This document shows, one piece after another, positions 11,880-26,481 of a stretch of DNA of 64,000 bases. The position numbers and the translations under genes are program-made. The notes beneath the pieces were generated by a model that did no database searches, was not told the DNA's origin, and saw only the letters and a list, made by a program, of their open reading frames with translations. Within the stretch, counting starts at the first letter, position 1. Every line of letters begins with the position of its first letter. Source of the DNA: the human T2T-CHM13v2.0 reference genome, Homo sapiens. The stretch lies in assembly GCF_009914755.1 (NCBI RefSeq), contig NC_060928.1. One strand, written 5' to 3'.

Positions 11880-13195
11880 GACTTTTATGAAATATTCTTA
11901 ATTTCAGTGTAAGGCATTTGCTCAATATTTTCCTTTATTCTTAGTTTTTCTAATCTGCTAAATAATTATTTTACTCCATAGATCTGTTCTGTTATTTTCT
12001 AGACACTCAAGCTTTTGAATCTGCCATATTTGGGTATAAAATTCATCAGGAATTCAGTTTTGTTTATATTATGACATATCAATCAAGATTTATTTTTCTC
12101 TGTGGATATGTATTTGATTCTGTTAACCAATGCTCTATAGTCTCTATCACTGGAGATTAGTTGTGCATACTTAATAATTTTTTATAAATAAAGCACAAAA
12201 TATACTATTTTGTGCCTGGCTTTCTACACTCAGTAGTTTTTGAAATGCATCCATGTTATTGCATAATCAGTAGTTCATTTACTTGTGCAATTCTATTGTG
12301 TTACTATACTACAGTTTGTTTACATTTTCATTGGTTAGTAGATATTTAGAGAGTTTGGCTATTAACAACAAAGCTGTCATGAACGTTTACATGCAAGCCT
12401 TTTTGTGGACACCTGTCTTTATTTTTCTTGGATGCATACTCAAGAGTAAATGTTCTGAATCCCACAGTAAAAGTACATTTAACTTTATTAGACAGTATAA
12501 AACTGTACTATTTTACACACCTAATACCAATGTAATAATGTCTTATATTCTCCATGTATCAGCAGCACTTGGTATTTTTCAAGTCTAATTTATTATATTT
12601 TTAATTTTACGGTTGGGGATTTTGTGTCATGACAGGGAAGACTTGTCCATCCCCATCTATTCCTGTTATTCTTAACAAAATAAGTCAACAATATTGTATC
12701 CTAGAATGTTGTGGTTTATTCTTTCCTGTTTTCTACCTGTAAACTATTTTGAGTTAATTATTGAGTATGATATGAAGTAACAATTGAGGTTGAAATTCTA
12801 TCCTTTGTTGTTCTTGTCATTTATGTTAAAAAAACGACAAAATGTTTATGGGTCTCTTTCTGGACCTTTCATTCTGTTCCATTTATATACTTATTTTAGT
12901 GCTAATAGGACATTGTCTTGATTACTATCAAGTCATAATTAATCTTGATATCAGTTAGTCTAACTTCTCCACATTTCTTTTTCAAAATTAACTTTGCTAT
13001 TCTAGATCCTTTGCATTTCCACATACATTTTAGAATCAGCTTTTCAATTCATACACAAAAATTTATGTATGGGATAGTGATTGGAATTGCACTTAAACAC
13101 ATAGAGCACATTGCAAATGATGCACATATTAACATTACTATATTCTCCAATCTGTAAAAATGGTATATTTCTCCATTTATTTAGGTCTTGTCTTT
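11880..13195 (-). mobile_element. Old L1M fragments (antisense)
   Basis: Antisense L1 words (ttggctattaacaacaaagctg, ctattctagatcctttgcatttccacatacattttagaatcagctt). Confidence 0.65.
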
Positions 13196-13255
13196 TAGTT
13201 CAAAACCTGAGAGAAGGTGTCTTGTTCAACAAGAAGTTTTGAGTTAAAACAAGCT

Positions 13256-13500
13256 TTTCTTTTTAAAAAAAATTATACTTAAGTTCTGGGATACATGTGC
13301 AGAACGTGCAGGTTTGTTACGTAGGTATACGTGTACCAGGGTGGTTTGCTCCACCCATCAACCTGTCATCTAAATCAGGTATTTCTCCTAATGCTATCCC
13401 TTCCCTTGACCCTACCCACCAACAGGCCCCACTGTGTGATGTTCTCCTCCCTGTGCCCATATGTTCTCATTGTTCAACTCCCACTTATGAGTAAGAACAC
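13256..13500 (-). mobile_element. L1PA (about L1PA7/8) 3' end, severely 5'-truncated
   Basis: ttatacttaagttctgggatacatgtgcagaacgtgcaggtttgttac...cattgttcaactcccacttatgagt. Confidence 0.9.
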
Positions 13501-13894
13501 AAATATGCATCTTTTTTGTCTGGTAAACCATGTGTGGAGCTTTCTAAGGTCATGCTACTGCAGGCCATCACAGGGAGGTTTAGGTTCTATAGTTGGCTTC
13601 TGACTCTTCCAGGGCTAATGTCCTAAATACCCTCCCCTATCAGGACATTAGCTTGTGATAACAATTGTATATACATTACACACAGAAGGACGGGGTTTGT
13701 TAGAATCAAAAGGAATCCTACATTATCATAACTACACATATTATCATCATGTATACTTATTTTGAAAGCCCATTTAAGGGAAAGTTAATGTACAAACTCA
13801 CCAGGTTTCACTGGACACATGGTAATTTGATTCTCAGGAAACCATATACAGCAAACTTGGTCACTGCAAAATGATGGTACTGTTTGTTTAGAAA

Positions 13895-13900
<6 letters not shown>

Positions 13901-13942
<42 letters not shown>
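13901..13942. repeat. (CA)21 microsatellite
   Basis: Pure CA run read directly. Confidence 0.98.
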
Positions 13943-13944
<2 letters not shown>

Positions 13945-15369
13945 TAGAGAAGATACTACCAAAAAAGACAACTCTTAAAATTGGACAGGAGAAAACTAAA
14001 AAACTTATATTTATTCTCTTAACAAAAGTTGGAAAAATTTTATTACTAGAAGGACTTCATTTAGGAAACATTTCTCTATGTTTTATTGGGTATGTAAACT
14101 TTGGGATCAGTTAAGTTTCATTGAGTTACTAGATTTTAAAAACTAGATAGCTAAAAAGGCTAAAATCTTCATATCATTCCTTATTACATAGTGTCTTTTC
14201 TAAATTTGCTCAGAAGCTGAATACTTAAATCACAAACACCAAGAAAATAAATGGTCTTATATATGTTTTTTATAGAAATGCAATTATTTCTAGTTGGTCA
14301 CTAGTAAGTAACATAAGTAAAAATATTAGGGATATTATAACACAGTCAAAAGGAAGCATCCTTTTGTAATAGTTTGAAACAGAGCACACTGATATAATGA
14401 TACTCATTGGGGATTGATGTGCCTTAGTGCTTCTATGCGCCCAATAAAACATACAGGTGAACATAAGGAAAGAATAGATCAAATGAATTGTTTTTGCTAT
14501 TCTAAATAGAAGAAGATGATTCCCAAAGACAACTTGGGAGCCAAGTAAAATAGGGAAACGTACCGAGATTGTTACATGTTTGCACAGGGCAAATTTATGG
14601 ACCCAATGTCCTTCCCTGATCTAACACATGTTGTGTTAACCTATTGTGTGGTTGCTTAAGAATCGAAATTTACTTGACCATATTCTTTAAAAAACTCTTA
14701 CTTTCTCTGGCTGCACCACAGTGGCCTATTTCCATATGAAGAAGGGCTGACTTTCCGTCTGGGCAAAAAGCAGTACTCATGCTTTACAATTTTTATAATA
14801 GATTTCCACCTTTATCCCTGGCCATTTGACCTTGAAAGAATATAAAGCAGCCTTCCTTAAGCCATATAAAATATCATAATATGAGGTCATTTCAAAAAGA
14901 TGAACATCATGATATTTAGAGAAGATTACGACATATTTTTGGTGGCAAAAGAGCTGACAAGAGGAGCACAGGCTAGGACCACTTAGCTAGCACAGAGCTC
15001 ACTTTTAATTTAAGAACTTCAGATTTAGAATTGTATTCTGTAATTGAAGTTACACTTTAAATCGTAAAGATTTTTTTTTCTTTTTGGAAACTATTAATTT
15101 TTAGTATAAGTATTTAGATAATTTTATAACTTTATTTTGGAATTTATTTTTTATTTTTAATGCACAAGTTAAAAAATGTCCTAATTTTCTCTTGACATAT
15201 AGCTAAACCTTGACTAGATCCCTGGAAGTTAAATTATATTGGCTGAATTCCTCAGAGAATATATTTCATACATTGTAATGCTATAGTCTTTCATAACACA
15301 TCACTACAACAGATCCTGTTCTGTTTGTTATAAGCAAGTTGAAAAGAGTAAAAAAAGCAGTATAAAAAT

Positions 15370-15580
15370 GGCAGTGCAATTTGAAATGTGAGCTCATGAG
15401 TCAAAGACAGAACTGGCTTAATATTGTTACAGATACATGTGCAAATTATGTGTCTTCTCTAAGTTTGGTTTCTTCATTCTTAGAGTAGGGATTTAACTGT
15501 TGATGTTAGGATTAAATAAAATACTGTAGCACCACACACAATCCCAAACCCATAATAAGTATCCAATAAGTGTTAGCTTA
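15370..15580 (+). mobile_element. MIR SINE
   Basis: ctctaagtttggtttcttcatt...aggattaaataa...aataagtgttagct. Confidence 0.55.
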
Positions 15581-16089
15581 TATCACCACTATTTATAATA
15601 TCATCTATAATTTAATTGGATTATCTCTATATAAATCTCCCTACATAAGAAATTTTGTTTAGAATTTATTGCCAGGAAAAAAATGTTCTCTCCAAGAAAG
15701 AATTGCTGTGCTTTCCTCTTCTAGATAAAAAGAGCAATATAAGTTATCTTTATCTTCTTATTCTCACTGCCAAGAAATTTTGTGTCAAGTTTAAAACCCA
15801 TTTAGAAAATGTATTTACCTTTATTCTTGATATATCTACATTCTTTTTCCTTCCTTGGTCTGACTTTGCCTTTTTTAATGCATAAATGGTATACAATTTT
15901 AATAGTGATAGATTTCTAATGCTTTCTCTTAAAGGCAAACATTGCTAGAATTGTAAAACAATATGGATAGGGCCTAAGCATGATATATGAGCATAGTTTC
16001 ACAATTGGTGAACTATTAATACATTTTCCTAGAGCCTTTTGTAAAGAGAAAGAACATGTTTCAAAGAAAGAGAAAACTTAGATTTGTAA

Positions 16090-17330
<1,241 letters not shown>

Positions 17331-17334
17331 ACAT

Positions 17335-18000
17335 CTAATTTTGGCCATGACAGAGTGGCCTGCAAAAAACAATTAATGCTTCCTCTGAAAACAGTCATGT
17401 AAGCTGAATAAAATATACACAATTACTGTTTGAAGGTATTGGAGGGCTGTCCAAGCAGCATGACTTAAGGGGCTATGATCCCTGAAACAAGGGACATTAT
17501 ACAAGGTGAGCTGTGCATTCACCTAAGCTTTATTCTTAGGAGCATTATACAAACAACAGTGCAGGTAGGAGAGAGCACAAAGAGAGAGCAGCAGGCTTAC
17601 AGTACCACAGGAATAACCGCGGGATGCTGAATGGTAAAATCCTAGAAAGGAGAGAACTGCAAACCGATTCCCCCAATCTTTAAGCCATACTTCTATCCCT
17701 AAACTGGAAAAATCCAGAGTAAGACTCCAAGAACCCCATCAGCAGAAGCAGCTAGGAAGTTAAAGAGCTGAGGAGGTGTATGTCGAAAGTGTGGTGCTGG
17801 GAAGAGAGACTGTAGTTCAATGCTGCCAAGAAGTGGCAGGCTTGGTAAACACCCCAGTATTTGGGTTGAGAACACGGAAGATCCTTGCTTTAAGAATAAA
17901 GGCTACTTCTTGGAGCAAGAACAACATCCTCCAATAAAAGTTATGCCTTAGGAGTAAAGGCAATACTGAAATAGACCAACCCATCAAGTTTTAAAAAAAT
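17335..18000 (+). mobile_element. Old L1M 5'-region remnant
   Basis: Resembles L1M 5' UTR words (aagctgaataaaatata...tgtttgaaggtattggag). Recalled similarity only. Confidence 0.4.
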
Positions 18001-21000
18001 CAAACCATAAAGGAAAGAGACACTATATGTCATTCCATTAGAAACAGATAACTTTGAAAGTCACATTCCAGAATGCTATCTTGGCTTGCACACTTTGAAC
18101 AAATCTAGTAGACTTCTAGTACAAAAATACGCTGAATATTTTTAATGGATTCTCTCTAATTCTATTGTAAACTCCATGAAAAATTCAATGTTATTAAACT
18201 CTGTATCAATAGTAAGCCATACAGCACTATTCTATGTGTTCAATAAATGCTAGTTAAATTAACTAAAAATAATTTTAAATAACTAAGATATTTTTGAGAC
18301 CTTAGTCCCATATCTACTTTACCCTTCTTGTCCATTTGTTACTAATGATTAATGTTTTAAATCAAAGGATTATAACTGTAAACACAACAATAAATAACTT
18401 TAAAGCTACAGTAGTGGCATATATAAAATAGAAATTGTCATCTTTTTGGACAGCATTTTAAGAAATTCATGCTCAGTAGTTTACTACATTGAATTATCTT
18501 TTGACATTATTAGGTGCCAAAGATACGTTTATAAACCCACGTTTGCAATTTCTCAATATTATTGTTTGTGTGTTTCTTGAATCTTTATGAAAGACACTAA
18601 ACTGGTTGAGATGTTCTCATTATACATTAGAGGTCAATTATTTCTCTGAGAAGAAAGGCATATATCATTATGTATGTAAAATATATAATAAGGAAATATA
18701 TATTGAGATTAGGAAAATGTATAATATATTGAGAAGTTGGATAAGAAAGTAGAAATGAAGCATGTTGTCCTCAAAATGAAGCTCAGCAATTGTATTACAC
18801 TAAACACTATTAATGACTAAGTCTGTACATAGTGAAAGCAATTCAATTCTATTTTCTTTTTCTGAAACAGTTATAATTCCTCTATTGTACCTCCATGTTA
18901 CTTATCAGCATAATAAACTTTCTCAAAGTAAAACATTTTCAGAAAAAATATGAGTAATATATATGAGCTTTAAAAATGTCAAATGAGCCTTTCTGTTATG
19001 GCCAATTAACTTGTATATTCCTTTTTTTCCCCCTCAAAAAAGAGATTCCACTTGAACTAAGGAAAAATTTTCAGGATATGAGACACAACTACACATTTGA
19101 ATATTTTTTTCTTGTATAAGAAATTGACTTTACAAAGCTATAAACTACTCTGAGTTTATGGGCTTTTGGAAATAATGACCTCCATTAGAGTTTGTAATGC
19201 ATTCTGGGCAATATCATAAAAAATATGTCAGCAGAGTAATTTCATCCTCAAAATGATCATCTTCTGTGAGTAATAAATTGCGTGCATGTATTCATAAAAG
19301 ACTCTCTGTGGAATATTCCAAATTCATATGCACATACCTTCACTTTGAAATTTTACAAGAAATGAATGAATTAGTACGTTTATGACCAGATTTCAGTTAC
19401 CACCAAAAAGACTATCTCTACTTCGAAAAATGTGCTTGTGTAGAATTCTACAAGCATTTTTTAGTACTTATCAGTCTTATGTCTATCAACTTAACAGAAA
19501 GCTGTCCCTTAAATATTTATAAATTCAATTATTTGAATACACACATTATCTAATCTTTCCACTAATCTCTTATTCTTATATAATAAATATTATAGTTTTA
19601 TATGTTCTTATTTCTTCTTATTAGGATAACTGATCTTTTATTCCATGATGGAAGATGAAGATATATTTCCTAACAATAATAGCAACAAGTAGTAGAAGTA
19701 TTATGGTCACTTTTTGAATAGCCTTTTAATTATGAGTATAAATAATCCTATTAAATGATATTGCAAAAATATTAAAAATGTATATGTGTATTAAAGACAT
19801 AGTGACATAAAATTGAGCTGTTTTATAATATTATTTTTATTGATTTAAGCATAATCATCACTCATTGCAAATATTATAAACTGAATGAGAATGTATCTTT
19901 TACAAAATTGCCTAAGGAACTTACAAAAATATACAGGATAGAAATACAAAAGATTAATGCACTAAATGAATTGCGACATTTAAACATCACTGAGACATGC
20001 TTTTGCCTCATTGGAAATACAGAGAAATAATACATATATATAAAATATGTAAGAAACAAATTGTAATGTAGATCTCATTTTACCATCTACAATACAAAAT
20101 CTTTATAGATTGAGTTTTGCTTGTTTGACCTCTGCATCTTCCTCAGCAAATAACATGGTGGTTTTCACACAGCAAAGTTTTGGCAATTTTTTAAAAATCA
20201 ATGATTTTATCAGTATTTTATTTTACATTTTTATTAAAGGTTTGGTAAATATCATATGTACTGGGTGCTTTCTATGTAGCAGATATTGTTTTAAAATTAT
20301 TTCATTTATTCTGCATGAAGCCCATAAGAATTAATAAGAATGAAAGTGTTAATAAAGAGTTTATGTGAGTTATCAATTCCTCATGATGTTCTAACACTTT
20401 TAATTTTATTTTTATTTAGATAATTTAAATAGATAATTTTAGAAAAATATTCGAAGAAATACAATATGAATTTCTAAAAAACACTTATTAAAAAGAATAA
20501 GTGGTAGAAAATAATTAAGATCAACTTCTTCAAAGTTTGAATTATCTTGGGAATAAAGTTGACTAAATTTAAGCAAGCAAAATTAAAATTGTTTTCAACA
20601 CTTGTAGCACTTAAAATTGCCTAGCAATACACTCTCCTAGATTTGTACTCTGGGACCAATTCAGCATCATTGTGAGATAAATGCAGTGTTTTGTTAAATC
20701 TATTTAGTATCAATCACATATCCTGTTCCTATTATCATCTCATTCTGCAAAACATGGAACTATCAAAAATATCTCTAGCCTCTTACATTATGGAAATACT
20801 TTCTTGAAAATACATTCATTTTATTCATTTTACTTTAGAAAACAAGCTTGGAGGAGTTTAACTTTTTTATAGATTAATTTATATCATTCTAAGTTTAATC
20901 TAGTTTTAAATATGTTTCATTTTTATCCAAGTAAAAATGATATATAATCTACCCCTGACTTTGCAAAGTATCCCGGTTCTATAAAGAACTGAGATTTAAT

Positions 21001-22278
21001 GAGCACACCTTTCTCTTGATTTTGAGACATAAATTATCTAGAGCCAAGATTCTGTGAAAATCAAAAACTCATTAGATTCTAAGAGGCAAATTAATGTCTG
21101 TTTAAATGCTTTATTTTGGAGCATATGGGAGTGCCAAAGAAGCTGAGGAAGAGACTTAAAACAAAAACATGGTATCAAGACTTAATGAAGGCATTTGAGA
21201 AAGAAAAGAAAAACTGTTCTTAGTGTACTTGTCAGGAGGACAGTGATGTTGTCAATACAGAGATTATTTGTTCTTTACAAGTAAAAATGGACAGGAATAA
21301 AAAAATACCTCCAATGTGGTCCTTGTGAATGGTTGCTTTTACTGGGGACATGCTGCAATGGCATGTGTGTCCATTTAAAAGCTATGGCTTTTACTTTAAA
21401 TGTGATTATTTCCCTCTGTGGCTGTAAATTAGGGACAGCTACTATTACATTTAATTACTTTCTGTAGCAGCATGCAGCTGGGGAAAATTTAGCCCTCAAA
21501 ATGGGTGATTACAAAGGAAAGACACTTCTAAACAAAGATCATGCTCCCTTGTTTATGTTCATTCACATATCAAAGATTGAGAAACTGAGCCATACGAAAC
21601 AAACAGGAATTTGGTTAAAGAAAATAAAGGCCAAATTACATGCAATGCCATGACAGAACTATAGTTAGAAAATCTAAATACTCTTTTATGGGAATATATT
21701 TTGTACAATGAGCAACAATGATTTTCATTGCTCATCTACTGATTTGGAAAACAAATGACAGGATGTGTCTCAGTAAGAACTATCATCTAACAAATGTTTC
21801 TGGCTTTACACACATTATTTTTTTCAGCATTTATGTTACAAAAGCCTTGAGATTAATCAAAATGACCATGAGTAATATTCATAATACTCTTAAAGCAATG
21901 AGGCCTTCTTTTACCTATGTTATAAAAATGAGAAAATACATATGATGCTTTGAAATGTTTAACTCACAGTGATATAGTTATGTAAAGATAAGAACCAAAT
22001 TAATGGTGGTTTCTACAACAGCAAGCATCATTAATGGTCTTGCTCATAAAATTATGCTTAGTTTAACTCAGTTGTACTAAGTGGGAGGAAGGTTTATTGA
22101 GAAGTGATTATCTTCTCTTAGTCTATTCAAAGTTACCTAATTTGTATTTACCCATCCTATGCCAGATAAAACAAACCTCTCTTTCATATCAAGTTACATA
22201 ATTTACCACTTTTAAACAATATATGTGGAAAGGCAAAGACAGAAATTATGTTTACCATATTAGGATATTTGTATTTAA

Positions 22279-22656
<378 letters not shown>

Positions 22657-24518
22657 TAATAGAAGATAGAAAATTGAACCGTTTAAAAACAGCTCAGATT
22701 CAACTGAGCAAGAGAATCTCTGTGGGTAAGAGGAAAAATGAATGGCAAAATAATAACAATACTTAATATAATTTTCTTATAGGAAGGATAGAGAAAATAG
22801 AAGATATCGAGAGGAAAGAGCAAAAAGTTTTGCTTTTTTATTCTGAGAAAGTAATGCATATTTCTGCTCATGAATCAGAATTTCCAAGTAATCCAGACAG
22901 TGAGCCTCCACTGAGAACAAAGAAGATCTTCAAAGCCACCAGTCAGCCAAAGAGGTCATAAGTGAGAACCTCTCAGTGAGATGCCAGGACTTCTGGAGAG
23001 AACTCCTACTAGAATTCCTCAGAATCAGCACAGCAATGTTTTGCCCAGGCCCCCTTCCCTGCCCTGGTAAGATTGGAGTTGCTTCACCCTGGCCATTAAA
23101 TTGGAAATAAAATGTCTTTGCATAGATGATACCTGTTAGCCTGATGGAAGAACTTCTTGTATTATGTTTTTTTTTTCTAATTTAGTTAGAAAAGTACCTT
23201 AATCAGAATTCAAAGATGCATAAGCGTACTGTCTTTAAAATTGTCACACTGGTAAGTTATGTAGATTTTTAAAAACATTACTGCCATTTATCAAGGCACT
23301 TGGAGAGTATGTCCTTTAGAATTATATTCCAAGTCCTTTCAAAGCTACATTCATTCCTTAGCCTATTCTCAAAACAAATTGGAGAGGATAGGCTTACAGC
23401 ATAACCTCCTAGAATAGGCAAAGACACCTACAAATACTTATTAAGCTACCTCTTGTCTTTCCAAACTTGCTTACAGTCAGAAAGTCTAACCTATTTAGAA
23501 AGTAAGTCCATTCAGTTTTATGTGTGAGAATGGTAACAGTCTAATCACTTCCATTCTTTGGATACTAATGACTTTGGGATATTTCCAAAACCAGATGTAC
23601 TTTCAAAAAATGGCTATTTGAAATTACTTAGTAATGCCTAGTGAATTAGCTTTTTCTACTTAAAGGTAGACTTCAGCTCTTCAACAATACCTACAAAATC
23701 ACATAGGTCTTCTTGGTATATGCAAATTTTTTTGTTCCTTCTTTGTAACTGTACGTAAAGATGGATTCTCAATATTAATGGGGATATTCACATCTCTGAA
23801 TTACTGGAACCAATATTTTTCTAATTGATATAAAGCTAGATATTTTCAAATTTTATTAGATGTTATTGTCAGGTGCTAAGTCAATTGTGTAATATATTAT
23901 TAAACAATGTAAAGAAGTTTCTCAACATGTTACCTATTTCAATAAAAATAATTTTTGCAACAGCATATGGTTTTGAATTAAAAATAGAAAATAACAAGCA
24001 TTCATATAACCCTAACATGTCAGTGTTGAATTTTTTGATATTCTCTTCCAGTGCTCGTCTATATTCTTAAATAATTTTACATAGTGTTTGTCATCATTTA
24101 GATGTGACCTCAATTGTATTTAATAAATACACTATCATTTAAAATAAAGAAAAATATTTGAAAGGTACTTTAAAAAAATGTCTTTAACTAAAATTAAATG
24201 AATCTAAACTTCCCCAAAGGCTTTAATATTTGTCACATTAATATAAATGCCATAAACTAATTTAAAATTATTATTATAGTTAAAAACAAAACAAAACACA
24301 ACCTTTGAGAGTAGTACTTGTAATCATTATTCAAGGGATTTTCTCTTTGCCAAGTCAGTTATAACTGTATTTTTCTATAAAACCATATTCTATGTATTTC
24401 TGTTAATATCTAGTTTAGTAGATTCTGTCAGAGTGGTAATAATTACATGTGCCAGTTGTCTCCCAATGCAGTCCTTTAAATACTCTATTTTTACAGTCAA
24501 GTCACAAAATACTAGATT

Positions 24519-24558
24519 AAAAAACAAAAACAAACAAAACAAAACAAAAACAAAAAAA
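24519..24558. repeat. (CAAAA)n simple repeat
   Basis: aaaacaaaaacaaacaaaacaaaacaaaaacaaaaaa. Confidence 0.85.
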
Positions 24559-25264
24559 CTTGGCTTCCTCTTCCCTTTGTCTCCCTTCGCTTTTCTCACC
24601 TACCTCTCTCATACAAAACCACACAATGACATGCCACAAAACAAAACAAAAAAAACTCGCCACCCATCTGCCAAGGCAGGGAGGAGAGCTAGAGAATGCC
24701 CCTGCATTACTCTGCTGAATTATGAGCTGCAGAGGAGCTGTTTTTCCTGGATCAGTAAGCTCATGGTTCACTGACAATTCCACAGAGATCAAAGTATAAG
24801 AATGAAAGACAACAAAATAAAAATGTTTCTGTCATTGAGACCATTTTAACAACATTTGAAAACCTTGCTAACTTTTTAAACGAATGTTGCTCATTGTTGT
24901 TCACAAACTTTAATAAAACTGTCCGTACTATTTGTTACTATAAAATTTACTCACACATTATGGAAAGATTTTTAATGATGCCTGTGGGAAGCAAATCAAC
25001 AAAGATTTCCAAATCGGCTTCCATAAAATGTGTCATAGATAAGCAACTAGAATCAGTCCACTTTGTATGCATATCTGCATATATGTACAAATACATATCT
25101 CATTCCAAAAAAATTTAAGAGGGTTCACAAACGTACATGAAATGAAACAACATAAAAATGCACCAAAAGAAAATGAGGTGAACAGAAAATAAAAGTACAA
25201 ATGCAAATAGAGCTATGAGTAAGGACAGTACAGATGTTACATTTATGAAAATTTACATGGCACA

Positions 25265-25715
25265 GAAGTATTATTTTGCTTCCCCAAAGCCATTTTTAAC
25301 CCCCTTCTATTTTTTGCCTACTTAGCCTTTCAGCTAAGGGTGGTCATTGATGTGATTCTAGGTAATAAAATTAAGCAGAAATGTTTCGAGTGACTCATTA
25401 GAAAGAATTTTTACTTTTCAGTAATTGTGAAACAATTTGTATATTTCTCTCTGGCAAAAACCCTTCCCCTTGCTTTATGCCTCTGAATGTGAAATGGAAA
25501 CATGATGTTTAGGGCTCTTGCAGTCATTTTGTAGCCATGGGGTAAGGCTAGTCAAACAATAGGGATCTCAACTTCATTTAAATTAAAGCTGCAAAACCAT
25601 TACCAACAATTATGCACCACAGGTTTCTTGTTATAGGATAAAACGCATCTCTGTTTGTGTAAGCCACCGTTAGTTTTGGTTTGGGTTGCTTGATGCCAAC
25701 CTTATTCTAATTTAT
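25265..25715 (+). mobile_element. Old ERVL/MaLR-type LTR (LTR16/MLT1-like)
   Basis: gcagtcattttgtagccatg...tttcttgtta...tgtttgtgtaagccac...gttgctt. Confidence 0.45.
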
Positions 25716-26219
25716 GCAAACTATAGTCTTACAAAATTTGGATTACTTATGTGACTTTAAGTTTTTAACAGTCGGCATGAAGAGGAAAACATGACCAATT
25801 ATGATACATATTGCTTATAAAGAAAAAAATAATTTTCCTTGGAGTTCTCATTAAGGAACACGTGTGATAATGTCATGTATTGAGCAAAATCCTTTACAAA
25901 CACAGTGACAGATTTTATAATGCTCCTCTTCATAACATTTCTTAATGTAGCCAATGCCATATGACAAAGGCATAATTCAGTGGAAGCAGTTCTCCTGGAA
26001 GCCAGCTGTATAGTTGTTGATATGATAGGTACAACCACTCATAGAGACTATCAATGATATGATATGAAAGGCTCTGTTGAAATGATAGGTACCAAAATCT
26101 GATACAGGTTTTATTGAGAGTGTTATTATAAACATTTAATTATGTTGACTGAATAGAAATTATTTTAGGGGGGGATTTTCTTGATATATTTCTAAATGTA
26201 GAGGATAAGATAGCATATA

Positions 26220-26481
26220 ATTAAGAAATTAACCTTGACCAAAAAGGGTTCTAGCCTTTTTCCCCAGTTTTTGGGATGTAATCTCTAAGCCACTGGAATT
26301 TCATGCCTAGTAAGAATTTATTTCCCTGGGGTCCTTGTGTCATACCCGATGTCCAACAATTTGATTTAGAATTGAGGCTTTGGGGCATGCAGTATCAAAT
26401 CAACCTCTGAAAGTGCTGGAGGCTTAGACCAGCTACATAGACAGTCAACTGTCTATGTGACAGAGCCTCAAGAAAAAGACT
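26220..26481 (+). mobile_element. MER21C-like LTR, 5' part
   Basis: aattaaccttgaccaaaaagggttctagcc...gtaatctctaagccactggaat. Continues after the L1 at 29641. Confidence 0.7.

Noticed and set aside
26015-26092. 18-bp direct repeat at 60-bp spacing (tgttga[t/a]atgataggtac)
   Set aside because: Only two copies, within a probably ancient LINE-like remnant. Most likely an old duplication.
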